Source: Hydrolagus affinis (taxonomy: Eukaryota). Taken from it: a DNA stretch of 64,000 nucleotides. Of the stretch, positions 30,101 to 45,100 are shown in pieces. Under the pieces are notes generated by a model. That model was not told the origin of the DNA and made no database searches. It saw only the letters and a list, made by a program, of their open reading frames with translations. Numbering within the stretch: the first letter of the stretch is position 1; each line of letters starts with the position of its first letter. The translations under genes were made by a program, and so were the position numbers. Where the stretch lies: contig JAAILG010001228.1 in assembly GCA_012026655.1 (NCBI GenBank), positions 1-64,000 on the forward strand, in the 5' to 3' direction.

Positions 30101-33100
30101 ACTTACATGGCATCTTTCACATATAATACCATTGTAAAGTGCTTCACAGAGACATGAAGTGTCAGGTGCGGGATCGGATGAAGTTGATTGAAGGGGCAGT
30201 CAAAGCAGTAGATGTTTAGAAGGGTTTTCAAAGCAGAAAGGGAGTAAGTGGGGATTTATTCAGCAGGTCTGAATTGGTGCAGCATTGGGAGCAGGCAGGC
30301 AAATGGGACTACAGGAAATCCAAAGTAGTTGAGGTAAGAGTGTAGAGGTATTTGAAAGGTAGAATGAGGATCTTGAATTTGTTTCTTTGGGAAATAGGGA
30401 GCCAGGTGAAGATGGGGAATGGTGGGGTCTCAAGGGTCTTCTGCAGGAAAGGAGAATGGCTGCAGGGTTCTGGATAACTGGAGTTCTGGATCTGCAGTTT
30501 GTTTCCAAATCATAACCAGGTTAATTGAGTCAAAAAAAATGCCGCACTCACAGTTCACACTCAAAGTCCAGTGATTGACACCGCTATTGAAGTTGTCATC
30601 TTCTATTTAACACTGTGGATGAAAATAATTTAAAATGTAATGATTTTATTGAAGAACTTGAGAAATCCAGATCTCAAACACTTTACTCAATGTGTTATAA
30701 AACACTCAACAGCTTAACCATGAAGGATCATAAATAACATGGATTGGCTTGCACCATATGAAGAGCCAAAAAATTGCTTGTAGTGATGTTGGGTCCGATG
30801 ATGCTTCCTTAACTTTGTTAAGAATAAATATGTTTAGCATAAAACCTAAAGTTGAATTCTGAGTCAAAGCTTTTTGAAACAGAATTAAATCAAGATGATT
30901 TATCTTATCTTACTGTAGTAGATCGGTCAATGTTTAAACGCACAGCTGGGGTTCCATTCCAGTTATAAAGGTTTGTCAAGGGTCAAATTACAATAACCAA
31001 GACATTTGGAAGTAAAAAATAGTTACATGTTTATGACTGAGGCATTGGTACCATCTGTTAATGTCTCCACATTACTGCCAAACATAGCTCAAATATTTGT
31101 GCTTCAATTAGTAAGATGCCACCTCAATGCAGAATGTGGGAATCCATAGAAAAATCATGTGCAATCGTGTGTTGATTTATTTGCTGCAGAAATATTTTGA
31201 AAGAGACCTCAGAATGAACAGTAACACAGCAAATGTTAAAGCTGTGGAACGTAAATTCTAACCCTATTTATGTTGGATCATACAGTATCCCTTTAACTGG
31301 CATTGTAGAGCAATGCACAGATTAACACACTAATGTTGAAAGCCATTAAAATATAATGCAGTGCTCTATGCTTGTATCCTAATTGTTTCCTTTTACGATT
31401 TGCTATTTCTAAGACTCATACCTTAAACATTGTTTGCTGATTTCTATTTTACTCGTTGACTTTAAGAATGCTTCTGGATTTTGAATACATTAACTGAATC
31501 TTTAACTCAGAAATAACAAAGGAATATTGGAACTTTATAGATATGAAACTACAGTACTGTATTGAAATGTTAGAGAAATCTCTAGTACAATAAGCAAATG
31601 TTTTATTTTATTCTTTCCATTTTAATTATAAGATATCTATATAGGTTCTGCATCTATTGATTCATATATTTTATTTATTATTAAGTTATTATTAAGTGGG
31701 GGACAATTTTCCCAACGGATTATAAGAATCTGGAATGAATTGTCAGGGATCGTTTTTGGAGCATAGTGAATTTGGGGGCATATAAAAGGAACTACATATT
31801 ATTGCTATGAATTGAAAAGAGTTCATTGTGGTTGTATGCAGCAAAATTCACTTAAATTTTCAATGAATAGCAAATACATTGGAGAATTGTCATCAAACTG
31901 GAATGTCCTGTACTGACAACAAATAAAATCAGCCATCAACGCATATTGTTGAATTGACATTATCCTTAAATTTCTACAAAATTTGCCACACACAAGTAAA
32001 CAACTCCCTACACTTCTCTCAACATTTGTACTGAATTTTCTTTCTGTTTGAAAATACCTGCAAAGCAGCCGTTTTTGATAAGTTGCATTACATCTGTTTT
32101 GTCTTTTAACTTAATGCTGTTGAAATAGTGATGGTTATTAATGCCCCTTCTTTAACAGCTTAAGGGATGTGGGGATAGGGCGGGTAAATGGAGTTAGGAT
32201 AGAAGATCAGCCATGATCTTATTAAATGGCGGGGCAGGCTTGAGGGGCCGAATAGCCAAGTCTTGCTCCTACTTCTTATGTTCTCCCTTTATCACTCTTG
32301 TTCTCTCTTTCCTCCACACTTGCCAGAGAAATGATTTAAAATTCAGGATCTCATTCTAATTTCTCACAAGATGGTGAAAGGCTTTCGAGGAGGAAAAAAA
32401 AGTAATCAATCAAAATAAAACCTGTGAAAGACAGGAAAATTATTGCTTTTAATGTATTGAAATATTTTTAGAAATGGATCTTGTATCCCCTGACCTCGAA
32501 CTATAATGAGTGCAAATTGTAAGCTATTTCCTATTTTGTTGCTTTTGAATTACAGTTAGTTCTGTATCACAGCCATATTCTACGTGCTTAATTTATGGAA
32601 TGCTTTTCTAAATTCTATTGCAGCCAACCTGATGGAACTTATTTCACAGACAATGGTGCACTGGGCACAAGAATCAGTGCTACAGGATCCTGAATTGATT
32701 AAGACAATGTTCAGTTTATTGCGACGGCAATATGATGCCATGGGTGAGCTGCTGAGCGCTATGCGAAAAACGTATACCATTAGTGCTGCCTCTGTGAAGG
32801 ATACCATCAACCTGCTAGTTTCCCTTGGACAGATTCGATCTCTTCTTAGTGTGAGGATGGGGAAGGCAGAAGAAGTGCTCATGATTCGTGGATTAGGGTA
32901 AGAAATTACCCAGTTTTAATAGAAGTCTCGTTTCAGATAGAATACATTTTGAAATATTGTTTTACTTATGCACAATGAAATGGACAGACATGAACAAAAT
33001 GTAGGCTATTCAACCTCTTTAAGATGCCCTGCTATTTTGTTTGTGGTGAATAAACTTTTTCATCTGATTTATCTGCCGTCAATTTATCCCTTAATTTGCT

Positions 33101-36100
33101 GAAAATTCCTGAAACGGGATCAAGGTGAGAAATTTTACTTCATTCTTCAGACAGGTTAATTTAAGTCTACTTTTCTCTCAGGGATATTATGAACAACAAA
33201 GTATTCTATCAACATCCGAATTTGATGAGAGTGCTGGGCATGCATGAGACTGTCATGGATGTCATGGTGAATGTACTTGGAGCAAATAAATCACAGGTAA
33301 TTCTCGTTGAGTGGATTTAAGTCCATCTTTGCAAGAGTGGCCAAGCCAGACTGAGAGTTCCACACATGTATACCACCTACGCACGGAAATATCCACGTGA
33401 AAGGACATGTGTTCATTCTTCATGAGCACAATATAGAAATACCAAGGAAACTCAAAGTTATGAAGGCTTACTTACAGTACCAAATTCAAGAGGCCTATTC
33501 GCTATTGTCACGTACAGTATTGTTAAGTTTTTTTCAATTTGCATTTTAGACCATGAACCAACTATACAGTATAAATTGTGTTGCATGCACAAGTGAGATA
33601 GATAATGATCATAATAATACTTGCATTTTATATTGTGCCTTATCATGTGGTACAGTCATTATGATTTTTACTATTTCTAGTTATATATTCCTCTAAACAA
33701 GCTTTTTCTTCTGTTTGCTGTCTGCATTTAGGAGATTGCTTTCACTGAAATGGTGGCGAGCTGCTGTCGATTCCTTTGCTACTTCTGCCGCATCAGCCGA
33801 CAAAACCAGAAGGCCATGTTTGATCATCTCAGTTACTTGCTGGAAAATAGCAGTGTTGGACTGGGTACCTAGTTTAATTTTAACTGATGAGGTCGTTCCA
33901 TGTGAATAGATAGGTATCACAAGACTGACCTTATACAAATAGGTCAGGAGTAAAGGGGAGCTCTGGTTTCTGCTGTCTTTTGATTTCTTGTAAATTGTAG
34001 CTCTGTCGTGTACAAGATCTTGGACTTGTTTTCATCTGTACAAACAGTTAGAATGGCTAAAGCTATCTAGAATCCTAAAATTGCAGGGTATTTTGCTTCT
34101 GCCATGGTTGATATTGTTTGAAATGTCAATCTAGCTACTAAAGGTGCGACAATTTCTAAATCTTTAACATTCATTATGTTGACTTGCCATGCAGTGAGAA
34201 TTCAGCTTCTGGTGCAGTCTATAGTGTCTGTCAATGTAAGGTTAAGTAAGTATCTCACAGAAAACATGTCAGATAAACACAGCGATCACAAAACCATGGG
34301 TCCTTAAAAAGGAAGCATTTGCTGCAGCATTTAAATTATAGATGCAATATCTGCCTCATTGATTTAAACTGAAAAATCCTTTTTATTCTCACTTATCATC
34401 TGTTGCCCAGCCATCTCTATTACCAAGGAGAGGCTGCCCTCTGTTGCATGAATGATTAAAATACTATTGTGTGTGCTTCATTGAAATGGAAGAAAGTGTC
34501 AGGTTAATTTCTGCAGGCTGGCTTGGTTCATTTTGTCTGGGGTTAGTGGTGCAGTTCACATTCCAAGAAACCCTCTTATTTTTTTACTTGTAGCATCACC
34601 CAGCATGCGAGGTTCTACCCCTCTTGATGTAGCAGCCGCTTCTCTAATGGACAACAATGAGCTTGCTCTGGATTTGCGGGAACCTGATTTGGAAAAGGTA
34701 ATTCTTCGAAGAGCAGTATGCCCAGTCTCTATTAATAAAAGTATTCCTTCTGTCATCAACAGATTAATTGACTAAACCGTTTCACATTTATCCTCTGGAA
34801 TTTATAAATACAGTATAGACTTTTGTGGATAAACATTATTTATCCAGATATTAAAAATGCCAACCAGAATATTTGATTCCATTAGATCATCATTAATGTA
34901 TTCATATTTTGATTCATGTAAATAGCTACAGACCTGCACTTCATGATTGGAACATGTCTTTGCTCCCTACCTAATAATTTTCTACCCATCATTTATATAC
35001 AGTCAATTCACTTTACAGTATATTCTGTGAAGCGCTTTGAGATGTCTAGAAGATGTGAAAAGCGCTGTATCAAGTGCAAAGATTATTATTATTATCTCAG
35101 TTATGGTCACTAAAACAGAATATATAAGGATCTTACGAAATGCAACTCCCCACTCTAATTCTGACAACAGATAGTTGAATTGTTAGAATCTTTCAATCAT
35201 TCTGTAAAGTAGAAACTGTGTAACTTTGATATTTATTGTTTTGAAATTAAAGCATCAATGTTATTTTAATTTAGAGTGAACTGATAATTTGCTGCTCCAA
35301 GGGGAAGTGACAAGCTAGCATATGCATACATACATAAATAAGTGCAGCCAGGATATTGACAGCATGATGTCTTAAGTGCTCGTGTCTCGGGGTCCAGTTA
35401 TGAGGAGTTTAATGCATTTAAAAATAGCTTTCAAAAATGAATGGAACAATAAAATGTTTATGTTTGCATTTGAAAGGTGGTAACCTATTTGGCTGGCTGT
35501 GGACTGCAGAATTGCCCCATTCTAGTGTCGAAGGGTTACCCTGATATTGGTTGGAATCCCATTGAAGGGGAACGTTATCTACTTTTCTTGCGATTCGCAG
35601 TCTTTGTTAATGGTAGGTTTGTCATCCTGATTTATTATCTCTGGATCGAATTGTAAATTAAGGTCGTTATCAATTTCTCTGCTCTTAAGATACTATCCAT
35701 CTCCTTTATTTGACGTGCTTCCTGCAGTCTTTGACTCACTCTGGAATACAATTCCAATAAACTGGCTTCCCTCCAGTATTTTCCACAAGTCAACATTCAT
35801 CAGTTATTAGTGTCGGCACCGAGTCTTAACAGGGATTATTATTATCATTATTATTAATAACATGACTTATTTGATAACTGTTATTTAATGCATCGTCTCA
35901 TTTTGTTTTGCGAAAAGTCGTAACATTTTGTTAAATATTTCATTTTGAAATGAAATTGATCTTTTTTGTCCCAGGTGAAAGTGTGGAAGAAAACGCAAAT
36001 GTTGTTGTGAAGTTGTTAATTCGACATCCAGAGTGCTTTGGCCCTGCTCTGAGGGGTGAGGGGGGAAATGGCTTGCTGGCAGCAATGAACGAAGCTATTC

Positions 36101-39100
36101 AAATCTCACAAAACCCCCTACTTGACCTTCCTCCCGCGGAAGCTCAGAAAGATAGGTAACCCTGGAATTTCACTTTTGTGACTTTGTTAAAGGATCTACT
36201 GATGTGATATATTATCTGTTTGATGGTTCACTTCTATGATTTTTGATGTATAAATGGACACCAAATTTTTGCTGTATTTAGAATAACCAGGTAGTAAATA
36301 GAGATAATAGTTGAATTTAGGATGTAAATCGTTGTGGTCCGTTGGCAGAAGTATTTTGAAGAATTAACTCTTATTTTCCTTCCTCACCCCCCCCCCCACC
36401 CCCACCCACATCTGCGTTCCTGTCATATTTATTAACAGTGATGAAGAAGACATTATACACATGGGTAATGCTATCATGTCCTTCTACTCTGCTCTGATAG
36501 ACCTTCTGGGTCGCTGTGCTCCTGAGATGCACGTAAGCAACACCATTCTAAGCATTTGCTCCGTGAATTCATTCCGAGGTTTATCATGCAAATGTTGACT
36601 TTGCAAATAATTGTTACCTTCAGATTAGTGAAAGTGGTGAATTACAGTATCACAGTATAAAGCTGTAGGTACCTGTGACACCTAGAGAAACATCTCTTAT
36701 AGTTTTAAATTATGTGAATAAGCAATATTTTGACTACATCATAAATATTTACCTGTTTATCAGCTAATTCAAACTGGAAAAGGCGAGGCTATACGCATCC
36801 GAGCAATACTTCGTTCACTGGTGCCAACTCAGGATCTGGTGGGCATTATCAGCATACCACTAAAATTGCCGACTATTAATAAAGGTAAGTCATATTAAAC
36901 TTATCTTAATGTAGCTGTGTGCTANNNNNNNNNNNNNNNNNNNNNNNNNNNNNNNNNNNNNNNNNNNNNNNNNNNNNNNNNNNNNNNNNNNNNNNNNNNN
37001 NNNNNNNNNNNNNNNNNNNNNNNNCCCCCCCCCCCCCCCCGCCCACCCTCCCCCACCCCATACTATTTTCTTGCCGGTTGAACCTGTATGTAGAGAACGG
37101 CCTGAATTGGAATCTTTTTTTTTACCTATCCATAAAGATCAAAAGATATTCCAACCTCTGAATAAGTGGCAGTATGTATACATTCCCAGAGGTTCGGTGA
37201 GGACAGCTGCAATTTGTGATTTTATAAAGTTCATGCTGAGGAAAGAGTGCAGAATTTCATAAGGATTTAAATGATAGAATTGAAATCAATTATCCAGCTA
37301 TGTTTTTTAAACAATGTAATATGAATCAGTCTTTTGAATCTCAATTGTGATGGTTTGGCAGATGGATCCATCAATGAACCTGATATGTCTGCAAGTTTCT
37401 GTCCTGATCACAAGGCACCTATGGTACTATTTCTGGACCGTGTGTATGGTATCGAGGACCAAATTTTCCTGCTTCATTTACTGGAAGTTGGATTTTTACC
37501 TGATTTAAAAGCCTCTGCCTCTCTAGATACAGTAAGTTACAACATCAACAATTTGTATTTATATTTAATGCATCCTACACATAGTGTGGGTGTCTCAGAG
37601 CACCAAAAGTCACAGTGAATAGATTTTGTTCCAAAAAAGACTTGGTCCACTTTGAGTCTTCTCTTAAGTGCCGAGCAATATGCTTTCTCTAGACAATTAT
37701 TGATATAATGAAACCTATTTTCAGTTGACACTAGAAGCAACCCCTTTATTTAGTGAATTAATAAATTATATGATTCGTGTAAATTGGTGCCTTTAAATAA
37801 GTAATTGACTTTGTCGAAATTAATAAACAGCGTAACACATCCATATGGCATTTGAATTGGAAAACCCAATTTGCAAATATCAACCAAATCTGTTTTTGCT
37901 CCATATGGAAAATTAGAATAATTCAGTTTTGTTCCTTTTCACATAATTAACAAATCATCCAAATGTAAATTATTAATTAAAATTCAACAAGTTGCAAACT
38001 AATAGGCATTACTGTATATCTAATTGAAATCAAAATAATATTTTTAATTTGTTTGTGCTTTGTTTTGTATCAAACGTGATGCATCTTGTTTTTTAACAGG
38101 TTCCTTTGAGTACTACAGAGACAGCTCTTGCCCTTAACAGATACATCTGTTCTGCAGTACTGCCCCTTCTCACAAGATGTGCACCCCTTTTTGCTGGGAC
38201 TGAGCACTATGCTGCTCAGGTAGATGCTGTACTCCACACAATCTACCGAATGTCCAAAGGACCTAGTCTTACCAAAGCTCAACGAGAATCAATTGAAGAA
38301 TGTTTGCTGTCTATATGCCGGTACAGATTTACTTACCTTTAGAAACAAAACTAGTCAAAGCCTAAACTTATGTATTTTTGCATGGAACCACCTTCAAGAA
38401 AAGAAAGCATTTGATAAACCTTGTTTTGTTTCCTTATAAACAGTGAAATGCAATGAGTTAAATTACTAGGTTCATTATTTTGCATACAGTGTTTTAGGAC
38501 ATTAAGGCTGGTCAGTATGAGTTTCAAATCCCGGGACTCTGGAAAGGAGGATTAAAACATTCCATGCCGGGATGGGTGGGGAAAAGAGAGCATATGTTAT
38601 ATTTCAGTATTCCTCAGAGATTTCTGTTTGGAAGTTATTCAACTTTTTTTTTTATTTCTATGTCTCCCTAAATGATGCACCATTCTCGGCCAAGGAGGCT
38701 GGCAAGTCTTTGCTGCTCTGTTATCAGCTTTCATGAAAGCTGCGAGAGTGGCCTACAATGACTTTCTCCTGCCCCAGTCTGTGTGTTAGGCTTACACTTG
38801 GCACCTGGTCCACAGTGGAATAACTGTAGCGAATCACGGCCATTAATCTAATTTCTATTAATCCACAATGCTGTGTCAAACCACATCTGTGTCGTTTGCA
38901 GCTTTTAAAATCATTGAACTTTTCCATGATCTCCAGTTTACAATGCATTTCTGTATGATCTTATTTGCATTTTCCATTCTTCTGCAGTTACCTCCATCCA
39001 TCTATGTTGCAACCCCTTCTGCGACGCTTAGTTTTTGATGTCCCCCTCCTCAATGAATATTGTAAAACGTCCCTAAAGGTATGTTGCTCAGCACAATACC

Positions 39101-42100
39101 CCAACAAATATTAAACCGTGTAATGCAATTCAAAAACAGAAAAAAACAGACGACTATCAAGAATTGACATTCCATTTAACTAACCAATCAAGCATAGGCA
39201 TTCCAATTAAATAAGAAGAAAGGGCTTTACAAATGTAATTTTGTTGTTTGTTGTTGTAAATTGCCCAATTGGCCACTAAATAAAATAAGGGTTGCTAAAA
39301 TTATATTTTGCCACTAGGTGTCACCATCGTATTTAGTAAAATTACCTAATTTGTTGTTCGGCCTTCTGATTGATTTTTTTTGCATTTTGCAATAAGAACA
39401 AAATGTACGTTTGTTAATGAAGCGATTGTGGATTCTGTCAGACTTTGTTAAATTTTCCTGTGCCGTATAATGGCTGGCTGCCTGTTCGGGTGGACGTTAA
39501 AGAACCCTTTGGCTCTCTTCAAAAAGAGAAGAGTTTCTCCCGGTGATCTGACTAACAATCCCCCAAATAAAATTGTCATTCAATGATCCACTGAATATTG
39601 AAGTTGTGAAAATTAGAAACTGGAGCCTACTTGGATCTGTGTTTCTGAGTCCTCACGCTAACGTTTGAGTTGATTATGAGATCCAGAACTATGTCATTAT
39701 AGTGCCCATTATAATCCTATAAAACCTTATAATCTCCCTTTGTCTTCATCAATATTTTTCATCTACTGCAATGATAGTACAGTAGTAGGATGTTTCATTA
39801 CTTTTTCTTGTAACTTGCAGCTTTTAACCAATCACTATGAGCTGTCCTGGAGATACTATTGCTTAGCATCAGGATGGAGAAATTATGGAAGTGCCTCCGA
39901 TGAAGAATTACATCTGACCAAAAAGTTGTTCTGGGGAATTTTTGATTCACTTGCTCACAAGGTAATTATTTTGTCAGCACATAAACCCGGTTGCGTGGTG
40001 TGTGTGAAGCTTGTAAGCAGCATTTTTTTTTCCCCCAAAAAAAGCTTTATTTCACAACAGGCTTTTTTTTAATGGCTTTTATGTTTTTTAAAAAAACACT
40101 TTAAACTTTAAAACGAAGGAAAAAACCCTCAATGTTTTGAAAAAAAACCCTTTGCAATATGGTTCAGTAAAACGATAGAGGTCAATTATGACCCCTGCCC
40201 CCAACATGCACATAAACATAATCAAAATATAATTTAAATTGCGTAACCTAATTCTTTTACCCACTTAATCCTGCTTCCATTTGCTCTCCCCACCCAAATT
40301 TCAGAACATTTACCTGCTCATCTCATCATTGTCTACAGGCTGGGCCAAATTGGTTGCCATGTTCGCGTATATCACAACATTGACTTTCTTTTCTGATCAA
40401 TTCTATCTTGCAGAGTGCTTTTAAGATGTGTATTTTTATTTGAAAATAATAATTATAATAATCCTTGCATTTGATACAGTGCTTTTCACGTCTTCTAGAC
40501 GTCTCAATGCGCTTCACAGAATATACTATAAAGTGAATTGATTGTATCTACGTGGGCAAAGTGCAGCAGCTAATTGCGCACAGCAGTGTCCCACAAACAA
40601 TCATGGATTGAGATGACCAAATTTTTTGAGGGTTTATTATTAGGCTTGTGGAGTAAGGAAACTCGCCCAAGGTTTCGTCCTGACCTACCTGGATTCGAAC
40701 ACAGGTCTCACGCTTGTAAGGCGAATGCTCTAACCACTGAGCTACAGGACTCCACGAATAATTCTTGACTTAGCCCCTTAACATGCCTTCAAGTTACTTT
40801 ATAATATAAGATTACTTGTGATCACTCAATCAGTTTTCTCTTTCCTCCAGAAATACAACTCTGAACTCTTTAAAATGGCTCTACCATGCCTGAGTGCTAT
40901 AGCAGGGGCTCTGTCACCTGACTATGTGGATTCCAGTTTATCAGATGATTTGGAGAAAAAGCCTTCAGTGGATGAAGAGGGCAATTTTGACCCAAAACCC
41001 ATCAGCACTTCTAAGTATGACACTGGCCTAAATAGCAGTATTCAACTAGATGATTAGAACTTGCAGTCAGAAACACTGGCTGTTCAATTAATTATGGAGC
41101 TTTGGAAGAGTAGACTAAATTACACTTGGATACATGCTACAAACCATGACATAAAAATGCTCATTAGTCTCTTGACTCATTCAACAAAGAATACCATTTA
41201 TTTGTTTTAAGCAAATTCTCTTTGCAATCGTGTGCCTCCGAGTGTTTTGAGCTCTACTGACTGCTAGGCTAAACTTGTCCGAATCACAGAATATGAATAT
41301 ATCGAAGAAAATGTACCCATTTTATATTTTACTGAAAATCTCTGAACATTGTCCTAAAGAGGTGGAGTCTCGCTTTTTAATATTTCATTTTGTTGTGAAA
41401 AAGTTATTCAGAATTTAGTTTATGTTCTCTTGTTTTTGTAGTTTTGAATATTTAATTTTTTTAAATTCAGGGTAGTATTTATATAGTATATTATAGTATT
41501 AATATCCATTCTTGTTGGATGCATTGCCAGTATATGCATGCATTGTCACCAGACTGCTTAATGGCATTACTTTTAAGAATGGCATAAATCTATTTTTGAT
41601 TAATTAAAAATTTTCTCTGATAATTGCACCACTATATTACACCATTTTCAAATGTGCAGCCATGGGAACAGGAATGTCTGGGCAGATCCAGTGCATTCTA
41701 AGTAAATTGGGACAGATTGTCAAGAATTTGCCACACAACTCATATTTTAGCACTGTAACAGCAGTGCAAATAGCATCACTAATGTCATGTTAACATAATT
41801 CCAGCCACCATTGTATGCAGCTTAAAGCCAAAAGATGTTTTATGGTTGAATTGCAAATTTTGTTTAAATATTTACCCTATTCTGTTTCAGTATTTCAATT
41901 CCAGAAAAGTTGGAGAGTATTATCAACAAATATGCTGAATATTTACATGAAAAATGGGCCCTTGACAAGGTAAAGACTGTTTTTCTTTTATGAATCTTGC
42001 TTTTCTATCACTTACTGTAACTAAAGGTTCAAGCTTTGGTGTTCCAAAGAAGATGTGTTATTAAAAAGGAACTCTCCTTTAGTTTAGAAGACTATAGCAT

Positions 42101-45100
42101 GGAACAACAAAACTACAACTGATGAAAGGAGTCTGAAAGCAATGAATTCTTGTCTGAGGAATTGCAATGCATGGGAGAGGAAAGCAAGATACTAACAAAA
42201 TATTATAAATGGCAAGGATAGAAACCGTCCAATTGTGCTGTACATATTTATCAAATGGAAATGAATTGTCTCCTTAGTATACTATAACAGTAATAGTGTT
42301 TTTATGCTTGTTTTATAGCTTCAAAATGGATGGACATATAGTGATGTTGTAAATGAAAACACAAAGACTCATCCATTATTGAGACCATACAAAACATTGT
42401 CAGAAAGGGTAAGTGATCTTGATTGTTGCTTTGATAAACTTGTTGAAATAGAACTGTTATTTAATGTAGTTTAGAAGTCATATTCATACTGTTGTATTCT
42501 GCTCTTCAAAACAACATTAACTGATCATTACATTAATGATCCTTAATGTATTTTGATGTTGAGTTCCTTTGAGGTGACATCCCAGTGAAGCAAAGTTTAC
42601 AAGTCTTATGTCACTCTGCTGCGTGCTGAAATTTTATTATTTTCTTAAATTTAGTTTGCAGGTGTTTGTACCTAGAACCACACAAATTTCCAGCATGCAA
42701 GAAGGCCATTTTACCCAATGGGTCTGTGCTGATTTGTTGAAAGAGTAATGTATTTAGCCCATTTAAGAGCACTGGGACACTACCCCGTGTCTCAACTGTT
42801 TGTAGCCTGTTCCTAGGTCTATAATGTGATTCTTATGCCATGACACCATTTGATAAAATACATGATTAACCCCTTGAACATTTTGATTCCTATTCAATTA
42901 TTAGAAAATATATTGCTGTTATGAAAAGTCACAAATGTGCAGTTTTATAGATCATCAAATATGATGGCCTTCATTGCAAAACATTTTTGCATCCTTGAAA
43001 ATATCATAGCCCAGTCTGTGCCTTTGAATATTTTCTGATAATGGAACTTGAAATTCAGGAATCGTTTGGGCATATTTGCTGACATGGTCTCAGATATGTG
43101 GTTGTTCTATAAATAACAGGAAAAAGAGCTGTACCGCTGGCCTGCCAAAGAGTCCATTCGAACCATACTGGCTCTTTCTTGGAACATTGAAAGGACAAAG
43201 GAAAGTGAAGCTATGATCCAACACCGGGAAAGTGAAAAACAGCGCAAAGCATCTCAGGTAAGGCAAGTCTGCCTAATGTTTGGTGGTTATAGAAGTATAA
43301 TTTTGTTGTTGTTGTTGAACCTGTTTGTGGGAGTCCACTACAACAGAACTTAGGAAGTGTTCAAGGAATTGAGCATTGATTTCAACTTGGCAGACAACTT
43401 CATAATATAACATCATTCACAGCTCAAAACATTGGAAGCCATTTTTCCAGATAACTCCTTTTGGAATCTGTCAGTTAAACAAAGCAAGTCAAACTTTGTT
43501 GCACGCCCAATTCTGGTGTGTATAATTTGATTTGCACTAGTTCCAATGCAGAATGAACATTGTTTAATGCATGCACAACTTTCAAATAATTATTGTTCCC
43601 TTATCCAAACAAAGCATTTTACAATATATTCACATAAACATTGAAATTTTCCACTTCAAGCATATCTTGACTAGTACTACATAGGAGACAAATTACTTTG
43701 ACAGGTTTAATCAGTCCTTAGTAATAAATGTAGCAAATAATCAATTAGATAACCTTTGTCTTGGCATAAATGATTGAAAGGTAAATGAGTACTTAAGAAG
43801 CTCTACGCAGTTAGATGCATATGACATTTTATTTGTGTTGGTAATTTTTTGGATCTTTACTTCCAGAGTTCAGGAGGATATACCCCTATTCTTGATGACC
43901 TGTCCCATGTTTTGCTCTCGAAAGAGCTGCAGGTTAGTCAAGTTCTTTTGAGTGAATTCGAGATTTATTTAAACATGTACCTCCACCCCACCACCCACCA
44001 AAATATGATTCTTCCTATTCCCCCATTTTACTGACAATCCACATGCTTCAGAATAAATATTATTTGCTTTTTAAATATCTTCACCAATTTTCCTTTAAAT
44101 ATGAATGGAATGTATATTTAAGAGCTTTCCCTAGTATGGAAATACCATTGATGCTTATTATCATCCGTTATCCCATTAAAGAAAAATGTATAGCTACTAG
44201 CCAGGAATATATGACAAGCAGCTCACAAAAAATGCAAAATACCCAGTCTATCCCCAAAATAGACCAATAACTCTGGTAGTCATCATTGTTTCTTTTTTAA
44301 TCTATTTATTTTAGCCATTGAACACTTTCTTGCTAGGATGGTTACAAATGATTTAAATACAATTTAGATGGTGAAGTTTGCCATTTTCTTTGGCCATTTA
44401 TGCTTCCAACTAAATCTTCGGAAAATCTTTCTTGTTTTGTTCCATTGATTTGACCTAGGGAATGGCAGAAGTCATAGCAGAGAACTATTACAACATTTGG
44501 GCTAAAAAACGAAAGGCTGAATTAGAAAGCAGAGGTAAGTAAGAGCAGAGGTAAATATCACAAGGGAAGTAGAGATGAGAGTAATAATAATTACAATCAT
44601 TGATTTGTTAAACTGATTTGAAAAACGGCAACAAAATTGAAATCATATTATTTACTATTTTTATTAAAGGAGTAGTCATGAAACTCCTGTACAACTCCAA
44701 TAATCTGAGTTGCAAATCCTGCAAAATATGTTGAAAATAAAAGTTTGAGACGTTCCCATTTTTAATCAAAATAATGGCGCATTTTTTTCTAACCTATAAA
44801 ATCCCTTTAGGTAGTGGTAGCCAAACAATGCTTATTCCATATGATACATTGACTGCCAAAGAGAAGGCCCGAGATCGTGAAAAGGCTCATGATCTCTTCA
44901 AGTTTCTCCAAATGAATGGCTATGCAATATCCAGGTAAGGGAAGTGCTCTTTCCTGTCAATCGGATAAAAATGGACTATATGATTATTTCAATTCTGTAC
45001 TCTTAGAAGTCTTGAATCAAACAAAAATTGTTATTACTTATAAAAGTGAATCGACAATGAAATGTTATTGCAACTGAAGATTAAGTAAGATTAGTTTCCT

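Noticed and set aside
32580-32882. Minus-strand ORFs overlapping RyR exons (also 8972-9166, 15725-15943, 24784-24981, 34556-34759)
   Set aside because: Antisense shadows of real coding exons
36919-37161. ORF across the N gap with a poly-Pro run
   Set aside because: Gap plus poly-C artefact; flanking exons join in frame
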